A DNA stretch of 64,000 bases, from NCBI GenBank assembly GCA_040766525.1, contig JAXGQI010000004.1, positions 9,869 through 73,868 of the forward strand. Direction: 5' to 3'. This DNA comes from Clostridiales bacterium. Its GTDB lineage: Bacteria; Bacillota; Dehalobacteriia; UBA7702. The notes below the pieces were generated by a model. The model was not told the DNA's origin. It did no database searches and worked only from the letters and a program-made list of their open reading frames with translations. The translations under genes were made by a program, and so were the position numbers. Of this stretch, positions 8,991 to 18,470 are shown piece by piece (the first letter of the stretch is position 1; the number at the start of each line of letters is the position of its first letter).

Positions 8991-9938
8991 ATGTTAAAAA
9001 CACCGCTTTGCGAATTATTGAACATTGAATACCCCATTCTCCAGGGAGGTATGGCTTGGGTTGCCGACGCCGATCTTGCCGCTGCCGTCTCCGAAGGCGG
9101 TGGACTAGGCATCATCGCGGCTATGAATGCGGGCCCCGACTGGCTCCGTGGAGAAATCCGCAAAATCAAAGAGCGGACGAAGAAGCCTTTTGGCGTCAAT
9201 TTTATGTTAAAAAGCCCTTTCGCTGCGGTGGCAGCGGAAATCTTTGCGTAAGTAAAGGTGCCGGTGGTAACCACCGGCGCCGGCAGTCCCCGCGGCTATA
9301 TGCCGCACTGGCTGGAATCGGGCATCAAGGTAATACCTGTGATCCCTTCCGCAGCGATTGCCAAAGCAATGGAAAAAGCCGGAGCCCACGCCGTAATTGC
9401 CGAAGGGACCGAATCCGGCGGCCATATCGGCGAACTCACCACCATGGCCTTAGTGCCCCAGGTGTGCGACGCTGTGGATATTCCGGTGATCGCCGCCGGT
9501 GGAATCGGCGACGGCAGAGGCCTCGCAGCCGCATTGATGCTCGGGGCGGTGGGAATCCAAGCAGGTACCCGCTTTTTGACTTCCACCGAAGCCAATATCC
9601 ACCCCAACTATAAAAAGAAGATCATCAAAGCCTCGGATATCGATACGATTGCGACCGGCAGAAGGCTGGGGCATCCCGTCCGGGCTTTGAAAACCAGTTT
9701 TACAAGAGAATTCCATGTCAAAGAATTCGATCTTTCCGTATCCAATGAAGAGTTGGAAGCCTTCGGAACCGGGGCTTTGCGCCTGGCGGCCGAAGTGGGA
9801 GACGAAAAGAACGGTTGCTTCATGGCAGGGCAGATTGCCGGCATGATCCATGAGGAAATGCCCGCAGCCGCCATCATTCAACAACTGTGCCAAGAAGCGG
9901 AAGCATTATTAAAGGTGGCTGATCAATGGGTAAAATAG
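8991..9938 (+). CDS. fabK: Enoyl-ACP reductase II (FabK, nitronate-monooxygenase fold) interrupted by an in-frame TAA at 9249-9251
   Basis: ORFs 8991..9251 and 9258..9938 are in the same frame. Sequence reads ...GVNFMLKSPFAAVAAEIFA*VKVPVVTTGAGSP...; the stop falls where FabK proteins as I recall them have Glu (GAA). Confidence 0.8.
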
Positions 9939-10834
9939 CCTTCGTATTTTCGGGCCAGGGCGCCCAATATCCGGGGATGGGGCATGACCTCTACGAAAAT
10001 TCCCCGGCGGCACAAAAAATCTTTACTCTGGTTGAAGAGATGCGCCCCGGCACCATGGAACAATGCTTTAACGGTACCAAAGAAATCTTATCCATTACGG
10101 AAAACACACAACCTTGCTTATATGCGGTGGATCTTGCCGCCGCGGTAGCCCTGGCGGAAAAAGGCGTCACCCCGGAAGGAGCCGCAGGATTTTCCCTGGG
10201 CGAAGTAGCCGCAGCCGCATTTTGCGGACTCTTTGGCTATGAAGACGGTTTTGCCTTTGTTTGCCAGCGCGCAGGACTCATGCAGTTATGTGGAGAGGAA
10301 AATCCCGGCGCTATGGCCGCGGTTCTCCTTTTGAAAAATGAAATTGTTGAAGACCTCTGTAAAGAAGTGGGAGAAGTTTACCCTGTAAATTACAATGGCC
10401 CAGGCCAATTAGTTGTAGCGGGAAAAGTCGCCGCGGTGGAAACCTTAATCAAAAAAGTTTCCGAAGTGCGAGGCAAAGCCTTGCGCCTCCCGGTGAGCGG
10501 AGCTTTCCATTCCCCCTTGATGGAAAAGGCGGCGGCAAGTCTCGCTCTAGCTATTGAGAATTACCCCATAGGCCAACTTCGCATCCCCCTTTACGCCAAT
10601 GCTACCGCCGAACCATACGGTGACGACCCGGGGCTTTTAGCCCTCCAAGTCAAAACGCCGGTGCAATGGGAAAAAACCGTACGCAATATGACCGCCGCCG
10701 GTTATACTACTTTTATCGAAGTCGGTCCGGGCAAAACTTTGCGGAATTTAATCAAGAAAATCGCGCCTCAAGTCCAGGCTTTGCATGTAGAAGATACGGA
10801 AAGCCTCCAACAAACCCTTGAGGCACTCAAATAA
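9926..10834 (+). CDS. fabD: Malonyl-CoA:ACP transacylase
   Basis: 302 aa; FVFSGQGAQYPGMG and active-site GFSLGE. Confidence 0.9.
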   Translation: MGKIAFVFSGQGAQYPGMGHDLYENSPAAQKIFTLVEEMRPGTMEQCFNGTKEILSITENTQPCLYAVDLAAAVALAEKGVTPEGAAGFSLGEVAAAAFCGLFGYEDGFAFVCQRAGLMQLCGEENPGAMAAVLLLKNEIVEDLCKEVGEVYPVNYNGPGQLVVAGKVAAVETLIKKVSEVRGKALRLPVSGAFHSPLMEKAAASLALAIENYPIGQLRIPLYANATAEPYGDDPGLLALQVKTPVQWEKTVRNMTAAGYTTFIEVGPGKTLRNLIKKIAPQVQALHVEDTESLQQTLEALK

Positions 10835-10844
10835 GGAGATTGTC

Positions 10845-11585
10845 ATGAGCGGAGAAAAAACGGCCATCATAACGGGAGGATCCCGGGGCATTGGCAAAGC
10901 GATCGCGCTGGCCATGGCCGCAGGAGGAATCAATATCGCCGTACTCTATGCCGGACGGGAAACAGAAGCGGAAGAAGTCTGTCAAAACGCCCGGGCAATG
11001 GGTGTTCGCGCTGAAAAATACTGTTGCGACGTGGCCAGTTTTGAAGCAACGAAGATGACCACCGACAAGATCATGACAGATTTCGGCACAATCGACATTC
11101 TTGTCAATAATGCCGGAATCACCAAAGATAAGCTTGTCGCCAGAATGACAGAAGAAGATTTCAACCAAGTATTGGATATCAATTTAAAGGGCGCTTTTCA
11201 CATGATACGCCATGTTTACAGCCATTTTCTCAAAAAACAAGCTGGGCGTATCATCAATGTTACATCGGTAGCAGGGCTAATGGGGAATCCCGGCCAAGCC
11301 AATTACGCTTCCTCAAAAGCGGGCCTGATCGGACTCACCAAAACGGTGGCGAAAGAATTGGCGGGGCGCAATGTGACCTGCAATGCCATAGCCCCCGGTT
11401 TCATTGAAACGGATATGACGGCGCAGCTGTCGGAGGCCGTAAAAACGCAGGCCCAGACGATTATTCCCATGAAGCGCATGGGCCAGGCGGAAGATGTGGC
11501 AGCACTCGCCGTTTTCCTAGCTTCGGACGCCGCAGGCTATATCACCGGCGAAGTGATCCGGGTTGATGGCGGACTTTCCATGTAA
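10845..11585 (+). CDS. fabG: 3-oxoacyl-ACP reductase (SDR)
   Basis: ORF 10818..11585 trimmed to ATG 10845 behind AAGGAG. TGGSRGIGKAIA, NNAGI, YASSKAG motifs. Confidence 0.9.
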   Translation: MSGEKTAIITGGSRGIGKAIALAMAAGGINIAVLYAGRETEAEEVCQNARAMGVRAEKYCCDVASFEATKMTTDKIMTDFGTIDILVNNAGITKDKLVARMTEEDFNQVLDINLKGAFHMIRHVYSHFLKKQAGRIINVTSVAGLMGNPGQANYASSKAGLIGLTKTVAKELAGRNVTCNAIAPGFIETDMTAQLSEAVKTQAQTIIPMKRMGQAEDVAALAVFLASDAAGYITGEVIRVDGGLSM

Positions 11586-11628
11586 GAAGCATTTACATCT
11601 ATTTGAATCAACAAGAGAGGATAGGACC

Positions 11629-12852
11629 ATGAAAAGAGTAGTCATCACCGGTCTCGGTGTCGTTTCCCCGGTGGGGATCGGCGTGCCGGAATTTTGGGAT
11701 GGATTGACGAAGGGCAAATCCGGCATCGGAGATATTACCCGGTTCGACACCACGGACTATAAAGTAAAGATCGCCGCTGAGGTCAAGGATTTCGATCCTT
11801 TGCAATATTTCGATAAATTTGAAGCCAAAAAGAACGATCTTTACACCCAATATGCTGTTGCCGCGGCTGACGAAGCCATGAAAGACAGCGGTTTAGAACT
11901 GAAAGGAGAACGTTTGGGCGTTTATGTCGGTTCCGGCATCGGCGGTATCAACACCTTCTTTAACGAATCCATTAAATTACAAACAAGAGGGCCGGGGCGG
12001 GTATCCCCCCTCTTCATCCCGATGATGATCGGCAATATCGCTGCCGGGGTCATCGCCATACGGTATCAAGCCCAGGGACCCTGCCTTCCGATCGTCACCG
12101 CCTGTGCAACCGGAAGTCACAGTATCGGAGAAGCCTACCATGCCATCGCCCACGGCTATGCCGATGCGATCATCGCAGGAGGGACCGAAGCATCCGTTAC
12201 GCCCATGGCGGTCGCAGGCTTTACCAATTGTTTAGCCTTAACAGAGCGGAATGACATCACCCGCGCCTCCATCCCCTTCGACCGGGAAAGAGACGGTTTC
12301 GTCATCGGGGAAGGAGCAGGAATCCTCGTTTTAGAAGAATATGAACATGCAGAGGCTAGAGGAGCCAAAATCTATGGGGAGATCTGTGGCTACGGCAATA
12401 CCTGCGACGCCCACCACATCACCGCACCCCATCCCGAAGGCGCACAAGCGGGTCGTGCCATCGGCTTGGCTTTAGCAGAAGCCGAATGGGCCGAAGATGA
12501 AAAAATATACATCAATGCCCACGGCACCAGTACCCCCTTAAATGATAAAACAGAAACAATGGCGATCAAAAAGGCACTGGGGAAAAAAGCCTACGAAGCC
12601 AAAATCAGTTCCACCAAATCGATGACCGGCCATATGCTGGGAGCAGCCGGTGCAGCAGAGGCTGTCGCCGCGATTATGGCTCTAAATACCGGCATACTAC
12701 CGCCGACCATCGGTTATCGGGAAGAAGACCCCGATTGCGATCTTGATGTTGTACCCAATCAAGCCCAAAAGGCTAATATCCAAATCGCACTTTCCAATTC
12801 ACTTGGGTTTGGTGGCCAAAATGCCTGCTTAGCCTTTAGAAAAGCACAATAA
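11629..12852 (+). CDS. fabF: 3-oxoacyl-ACP synthase II
   Basis: ORF 11563..12852 trimmed to ATG 11629 (MKRVVITGLGVVSPVG). Active-site ACATGSH; HGTSTPLND. Confidence 0.9.
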   Translation: MKRVVITGLGVVSPVGIGVPEFWDGLTKGKSGIGDITRFDTTDYKVKIAAEVKDFDPLQYFDKFEAKKNDLYTQYAVAAADEAMKDSGLELKGERLGVYVGSGIGGINTFFNESIKLQTRGPGRVSPLFIPMMIGNIAAGVIAIRYQAQGPCLPIVTACATGSHSIGEAYHAIAHGYADAIIAGGTEASVTPMAVAGFTNCLALTERNDITRASIPFDRERDGFVIGEGAGILVLEEYEHAEARGAKIYGEICGYGNTCDAHHITAPHPEGAQAGRAIGLALAEAEWAEDEKIYINAHGTSTPLNDKTETMAIKKALGKKAYEAKISSTKSMTGHMLGAAGAAEAVAAIMALNTGILPPTIGYREEDPDCDLDVVPNQAQKANIQIALSNSLGFGGQNACLAFRKAQ

Positions 12853-12880
12853 AAACAAATACAATAGGAGGATACTTCCT

Positions 12881-13309
12881 ATGATTCGAAGTCAAATACA
12901 ACAAATTCTGCCCCACCGTGAGCCAATGCTGCTCTTAGATGAGGTGGAGGCAATCGAAGGCGGCAAAGCCCATGGCCGCTACACGATCCGGGGAGACGAA
13001 TGGTTCCTGCAAGGCCATTTTCCCGGCAATCCGGTGGTACCCGGCGTCATTCAATGCGAAATGATGGCGCAAACCTGCTGCGTTCTCGTGGGCGAAACGG
13101 GAAAGACCCCGCTCTTTTCCGGGATCGAGCGCGTGCGCTTTAAAAACCCGGTTCACCCCGGCGATACCTTGGAGTTCATTTGCAGCTTGGAAAAGGTCAA
13201 AGGCCCGTTCTATTTTGCCAAAGGGCAAGGAAGCGTCAGCGGCAAACTTTGCGTGACGGGAGAATTCTCCTTCGCCTTGGTAGATACAGCGCCGCAATCC
13301 TCAAATTAA
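12881..13309 (+). CDS. fabZ: 3-hydroxyacyl-ACP dehydratase
   Basis: 142 aa; LPHREPMLLLD, LQGHFPGNPVVPGV. Confidence 0.9.
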   Translation: MIRSQIQQILPHREPMLLLDEVEAIEGGKAHGRYTIRGDEWFLQGHFPGNPVVPGVIQCEMMAQTCCVLVGETGKTPLFSGIERVRFKNPVHPGDTLEFICSLEKVKGPFYFAKGQGSVSGKLCVTGEFSFALVDTAPQSSN

Positions 13310-13350
13310 AAAGAGTTTTTATCCAATAATATAAATTTATATTTAAAAAA

Positions 13351-13377
13351 GAGAGCCGCTAACGGCTCTCTTTTTTT
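13351..13377 (+). terminator. Rho-independent terminator of the fab operon
   Basis: GAGAGCCG-ctaa-CGGCTCTC followed by TTTTTTT. Confidence 0.8.
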
Positions 13378-13585
13378 CGCATTTTACGCACAAAAAACTC
13401 TCCGCTCGATCAAAGAGAGAAAAAAATTTTTATTTTTTTATAAACCTAAATAAATATATACCTTTCCAAAACCGCCTTTTCCTGCCCTTTTTCCTCTTGC
13501 AAAACCATAATCGATGATTTAATATAAAGGCAATTTAGCATGGAGACGCTTATGACCATCCAAAATTTAGGAAGAGGTGAATAAA

Positions 13586-14806
13586 ATGCAACTGAAAGAT
13601 GTCAATCTTTCCGCCCAGGAAATCATGGAAATCACGGAAAAGTATCTCATCGAAACCTATCCGCGCTTTCCTTTTGTCGCCGTCAGAGCGAAAGACCAAT
13701 ATCTCTATGACAGCGAAGGCAATGCCTGGCTCGATTTTTATGCCGGGATCGCCGTCAACAGCTGCGGCAGCGTCAATGAAAAAGTGACCGCAGCCATTCA
13801 AGAACAAGCCGCCCAATTGGTACACACGTTTAATTACCCCTATACGATCCCCCAAGCCGTTTTGGCAAAATTGATCTGCGATCATATCGGCATGGATAAG
13901 ATCTTCTATCAAAGCAGCGGCACCGAAGCCAATGAAGGCATGATCAAATTGGCAAGAAAATATGGGGTCGACAAATACGGACCGGAAAAATACCATATCG
14001 TCACCGCCAAAAAAGGCTTCCACGGGCGCACTTATGGCGCTCTCTCCGCCACGGGGCAACCGGAAAGCGTCCTCCACAAAGGATTCCAGCCCCTGCTGCC
14101 GGGATTCACCTATGCGGACTATAATGATCTCGACGCCTTTAAGGCGGCCTGCACCGAACAAACCATCGCCATCATGATCGAACCGATTCAGGGGGAAGGC
14201 GGCGTCATCCCGGCCACCCAAGAATTTATGACCGGGTTAAGAAAATTCTGCGACGACAATGGCATCCTCCTGCTTTTGGACGAAGTGCAATCCGGCTGGG
14301 GCCGCACCGGTACGCTGATGGCCTATATGGGCTACGGAATCAAACCGGATATCGTCAGCATGGCAAAGGCGCTCGGAAACGGCGTTCCCATCGGCGCTTT
14401 CTGCGCTACGGATGAAGTGGCCAAAACTTTCGGCGCCGGAGCCCACGGCACCACCTATGGCGGCAATGTCTTAGCCTGCGCGGCTTCTTATGCCGCCGTC
14501 AGCGAAATTATCAACCGTGACCTTGCCGGCAATGCCGCCAAAATCGGGGCCTATTTCAGTGGGTTATTACAAAAACTGCCCCACGTGAAAGAAGTCCGGG
14601 GCAAAGGCCTATTGGTCGGCGTCGAGTTCGACGCTCCCGTCGCCGCTGCGGTTAAGAAAGGCTGCATTGACCGGCGCCTTTTGATCACCGCACTGGGAGA
14701 TACGACAATTCGCATGGTTCCGCCGCTGATCATCACCGAAGCGGACTGCGATCAAGCATACGGCATCATTAAAGAGGCGGTAGAGGAGGTTTATGCCAAG
14801 GCATAA
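13586..14806 (+). CDS. Class-III PLP-dependent aminotransferase (acetylornithine / 4-aminobutyrate aminotransferase-like)
   Basis: ORF 13577..14806, ATG 13586 preferred (RBS GAGGTG 6 nt upstream). LLLDEVQSGWGRTG and the Schiff-base lysine context SMAKALGNGVPIGA. Confidence 0.8.
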   Translation: MQLKDVNLSAQEIMEITEKYLIETYPRFPFVAVRAKDQYLYDSEGNAWLDFYAGIAVNSCGSVNEKVTAAIQEQAAQLVHTFNYPYTIPQAVLAKLICDHIGMDKIFYQSSGTEANEGMIKLARKYGVDKYGPEKYHIVTAKKGFHGRTYGALSATGQPESVLHKGFQPLLPGFTYADYNDLDAFKAACTEQTIAIMIEPIQGEGGVIPATQEFMTGLRKFCDDNGILLLLDEVQSGWGRTGTLMAYMGYGIKPDIVSMAKALGNGVPIGAFCATDEVAKTFGAGAHGTTYGGNVLACAASYAAVSEIINRDLAGNAAKIGAYFSGLLQKLPHVKEVRGKGLLVGVEFDAPVAAAVKKGCIDRRLLITALGDTTIRMVPPLIITEADCDQAYGIIKEAVEEVYAKA

Positions 14807-14925
14807 AGCAACCCGCAAAAACCGCTCGCTTAAATCACCTATAGTAAGAGGTGGCGTTCCTTTTCCGGCACGCCCCTCTTTTCTTTTTATTTTTTCCTGG
14901 TATACTAGGATATGAGGTGAGAAAA

Positions 14926-16401
14926 ATGGATGAGAAAGATCGTATCCGCAAACTGGAAAATGAGAACCGCTTACTTTACGAAATCCTCGATAACATCCAT
15001 GAAGCCGTTTACGCCACCGACATGAATAAGCGCATTTTCATTTTTAACCACCAATTTGAGGTTTTGGAGGGACGCCCCAAAGAAGTCGTCCTCGGCAAAA
15101 CGGAAAACCAGGCCTATTATCGGGAAGGCTATAGCTTCACCGATTATGTTCTCGACCAGATCAAAAAGAAAAAGGGGCCGCTCCGCAATCAATGCTATTA
15201 CTATACCCCTCGCGGCGGCAAGAAAAACTATTTTTTCTATGACGCTTACCCGTTCTACAACGACGAAGGCGAGATCATCGCCATCTATTGCGTGGGCCGG
15301 AACATGGAACAGATCGGCACATTCTTCGCCGACACCTATGAACTTCAGCATCAAATCCTGCTGGATAAAAACCCCAAGAAAAAGCGGGCCCGTTACCTCC
15401 TAAAAGACATCATCGGAGAAAACCCCCTCTTAAAAGCGAATATTGAAACCGCAAAAAAAGTAGCCCGGGGAGATTCCTCCGTCATGATCATCGGGGAAAC
15501 CGGTACCGGTAAAGAATTATTTGCCTCGGGCATCCACAATGCCAGTTTGGTAGCGCAAGGGCCGTTCATCCCCATCAATTGCAGCGCGATACCGGAAACG
15601 CTGTTGGAAAGCCTCGTTTTCGGCAGCGTCAAAGGCGCTTTTACCGGAGCGACGAATTCTCCTGGTCTTTTCGAGCAGGCCAAGGACGGGACCATCTTCT
15701 TTGATGAGATCAATTCCCTGCCTTACGCTCTGCAAGGGAAACTGCTTCGAGTCATCCAAGAGAAAATCGTACGGCGCGTGGGGAGCAAAGAAGAAATTCC
15801 GGTCAATTGCCGCATCATCAGCGCCGCCAATGTGGACCCTTTTGATAAAAGCAATGGCGGCAGCATCCGCCAGGACTTACTTTTCCGCTTATCTGCGATC
15901 GTGATCCAGATTCCGCCGCTACGGGAACGGCCGGAAGATATCGAACCGCTGATCTGCCACTTCATCGCCAAGCACAATGAACGGGCAGGGAAATTCGCCC
16001 AGGACATCAGCGAAGAACTGCGCACCCTCTTTTATAATTATTCCTGGCCCGGCAATGTGCGGGAGATGGAAAACATCTTTGAGGGCGCCATGAACTTCTT
16101 GGAATTGAAAGATGAGATCATCGAAACGCGCCATATCCCGGAATACATCATCACCCGGCTAAAAGAAAAAAATGCAAACCCGGAACCCTATTACGGCGTC
16201 GGCGAGCAATTACCCAAGCCGGAACTGCCCCAATACAAACAAATGCTGAACAATACGAAGAAAAAGGAAAAACAGATCATCAAAGCCGCCCTGGAAAAAC
16301 ACAATGGCAATATGAACCAAGCTGCGATTGAAATGGGCATCAGCCGCCAAAGCCTGTACTACAAGATGAAAAAATATGGCTTCACGGAACCAAAAGTGTA
16401 A
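14926..16401 (+). CDS. Sigma-54-dependent transcriptional activator (PAS sensor + AAA+ + Fis-type HTH)
   Basis: ORF 14851..16401 trimmed to ATG 14926 behind GAGGTG. Walker A GETGTGKE, sigma-54 contact loop GAFTGA, C-terminal HTH NMNQAAIEMGISRQSLYYKMKKYG. Confidence 0.85.
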   Translation: MDEKDRIRKLENENRLLYEILDNIHEAVYATDMNKRIFIFNHQFEVLEGRPKEVVLGKTENQAYYREGYSFTDYVLDQIKKKKGPLRNQCYYYTPRGGKKNYFFYDAYPFYNDEGEIIAIYCVGRNMEQIGTFFADTYELQHQILLDKNPKKKRARYLLKDIIGENPLLKANIETAKKVARGDSSVMIIGETGTGKELFASGIHNASLVAQGPFIPINCSAIPETLLESLVFGSVKGAFTGATNSPGLFEQAKDGTIFFDEINSLPYALQGKLLRVIQEKIVRRVGSKEEIPVNCRIISAANVDPFDKSNGGSIRQDLLFRLSAIVIQIPPLRERPEDIEPLICHFIAKHNERAGKFAQDISEELRTLFYNYSWPGNVREMENIFEGAMNFLELKDEIIETRHIPEYIITRLKEKNANPEPYYGVGEQLPKPELPQYKQMLNNTKKKEKQIIKAALEKHNGNMNQAAIEMGISRQSLYYKMKKYGFTEPKV

Positions 16402-16457
16402 AAAAATTTTCACTTCGATGTAAAAAAATGTTTACCTGATGTAAAAACGTTTTTACA
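16397..16457 (+). promoter_or_regulatory. Three tandem TGTAAAAA-N-TTTTTACA palindromes (candidate enhancer/UAS sites for the adjacent sigma-54 activator)
   Basis: Sites start at 16397, 16419 and 16440 (spacing 22 and 21 bp). The third, TGTAAAAACGTTTTTACA, is a perfect 18-bp palindrome. They lie about 100 bp upstream of the -24/-12 promoter. Confidence 0.5.
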
Positions 16458-16470
16458 AATTTACCATAAA

Positions 16471-16504
16471 TCACCCTTCCAAAACGGAAAGGGTGATTTT
16501 TTTG
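16471..16504 (+). terminator. Rho-independent terminator after the activator gene
   Basis: TCACCCTTCC-aaaac-GGAAAGGGTGA then a T-run. Confidence 0.65.
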
Positions 16505-16549
16505 CGCTCGATAGCTGCAATGACAATATTTTTTTCCTCACGGGAAATG

Positions 16550-16565
16550 TGGCACTCTTTTTGCT
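16550..16565 (+). promoter_or_regulatory. Sigma-54 (-24/-12) promoter
   Basis: TGGCAC-tcttt-TTGCT matches the consensus TGGCAC-N5-TTGCW exactly. About 145 nt upstream of the BCCT transporter start. Confidence 0.7.
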
Positions 16566-16711
16566 ATAGGATTAGTTATCACCCCCATTTTGAAAAAAAT
16601 CAAGGGGATCGTCTTTAAACAATGGCAGCTTGTACCCATCATACGCGAAAATCCAGGAAAGGAGGGCAGAAAAAGAACAAGCCAAAATCCATGAATAAAG
16701 GAGATGACATT

Positions 16712-18305
16712 GTGAGCCAAAAGATCGATAAAGTTTCCATAGGCGTTAGCCTCGCTTTACTTGCCACACTGGTGATATGCACCATTTTCGTTCCCGATGC
16801 CACCACAAGCGGTTTGGTGGCAGCCAAAAATGCCGTTGTAAAATGGCTCGGCTTTTATTTCATTTTGATGATTATCTTTATGCTTGGTTATAATTCCTGG
16901 CTTGCCTTATCAAAATATGGCAGCATTCGTTTAGGCAAGGAAAAACCGCAATACAATACTTTTGGCTGGATCGCCATGGTATTTTGTGCCGCAATGGGCA
17001 CCAGCATCCTCTACTGGTCCGCCATCGAATGGATGTACTATGTTCAATGGCCGCCCTTTGGCATGGAAGCTATGAGCGTTGAAATTGAGGAATTATCCAT
17101 GGCCTACAGCTTCTTCCATTGGGGCATTCCCGCATGGAGCGTTTATGCAACAGGGGTTATCCCCATTGCCTACCGCTACTTCGTTCGCAAAAAAGAAGGT
17201 CTCGGTCTTCAAGACGCCTGCGAAGGTGTTTTGGGTGAAAAAGCATACGGACCCATCGGCCGCATCATTACCATCGTCTTTGTTTTCGGTATTCTGGGCG
17301 GACTTACCATTTCCTATGGTACCGGCGTACCGATGCTCGCCAATAATTGTAGCAAATCTGGTCGGAACACCGGAAACCTTCCCTGTCTTCGTCGGTATCG
17401 TCATTGTGATCACCGTCGTATTTTCCTGGAGCGCTTTATCCGGGATCAAAAAAGGGATCCAGATGCTTTCCAAAATCACGACCATTATGGCTTTGGTATT
17501 AATTGGACTTTTCTTACTCCTTGGCAATGGCCTCTTCCAAGTCGAAAATACGGTCCAGGCCACCGGCTTAATGTTCCAACATTTTCCGGAAATGCTCTTC
17601 TATCTTGATCCGGTTCGCGATACCAATTTCCCCCAAGATTGGACAGTATTCTATTGGGCCTGGTGGCTCGGGTTGGCGCCGGTCATGTGGATTTTCATCG
17701 CTAAGATCTCTGCCGGCAGAAGCATCCGTTCCGTTATCCTCACCGTTATACTGGCCGGTTCCGCAGGGTCGATCGTTTTCTTCGGCAGCATCTCCAATTA
17801 CGGGTTAGGACAACAGCTCGCCGGCACTTTCGATTTTGTCAATATTATGGGTCAATTGGGAGAAAAACAAGCGATTTCCGCCGTTGTCATGTCATTACCT
17901 GCCGGGAAACTCATCCTTGGGCTATGGCTCCTAACCGGCTTCATCCTTCTGGTAACCACGATGGACTCCGCCGCCTATACTATGGGCGCTGCAACTGTCA
18001 TCGGGCTTGGAACCTGGGATGATCCGCCGAAAACATTGCGTGTCTTCTGGGCTGTGATGCTCACCATCACACCGCTATGCCTACTTTATGCCGGATCAAG
18101 TTTAAGCGGGTTCCAATCCGTCTTGATCCTAACCTCCATACCGGTATCCGCCTGTATTATCATGGCCATGGTCTCCTGCTCTAAATGGCTAAGAGAAGAT
18201 TATGGTCATAAAACAAGAGAAGAAATTCAATTGGAATTTATGACGGAAGATGATCGCAGGGTCTATGATGATAAACGGAAAAAAGATTTGGAAATGACAA
18301 TATAA
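16712..18305 (+). CDS. BCCT-family (betaine/carnitine/choline) transporter, apparent 1-nt frameshift near 17342
   Basis: ORFs 16622..17608 and 17079..18305 join as ...GTGVPMLA / IIVANLVGTPETFP.... Start set at GTG 16712 behind AAGGAG. BCCT signature region WTVFYWAWWLGLAPVMWIFIAKISAGRSIR. Confidence 0.8.
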
Positions 18306-18403
18306 ACCACTCTCACATTAACCTCAACAGGGGAAAAGCACTTTGCTGAAAATGCAAAAGGGGCCGTGGCAAAGCCCGGCCCCGCCATCCCTTCGAAAAA
18401 AAT

Positions 18404-18421
18404 TTATCATGCACATGATAA
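18404..18421 (+). promoter_or_regulatory. 18-bp perfect palindrome (possible operator) upstream of the MttB-family gene
   Basis: TTATCATGcaCATGATAA, 50 nt upstream of ATG 18471 and followed by an AT-rich TATAAA-like stretch. Confidence 0.3.
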
Positions 18422-18470
18422 TTATTATAAAAATAAAGACAAAACACATCTAGGCGAAAGGAGTAATATC

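Noticed and set aside
9056-9613. 185-aa Arg-rich ORF overlapping fabK
   Set aside because: It is an alternative frame of a well-supported gene, with Arg/Gly/Pro-rich composition typical of an out-of-frame GC-rich reading.
16622-16711. Upstream ATG 16622 as the BCCT transporter start
   Set aside because: The extension (MAACTHHTRKSRKGGQKKNKPKS...) is basic and low-complexity with no RBS. GTG 16712 has AAGGAG 8 nt upstream and starts right before the first membrane segment.
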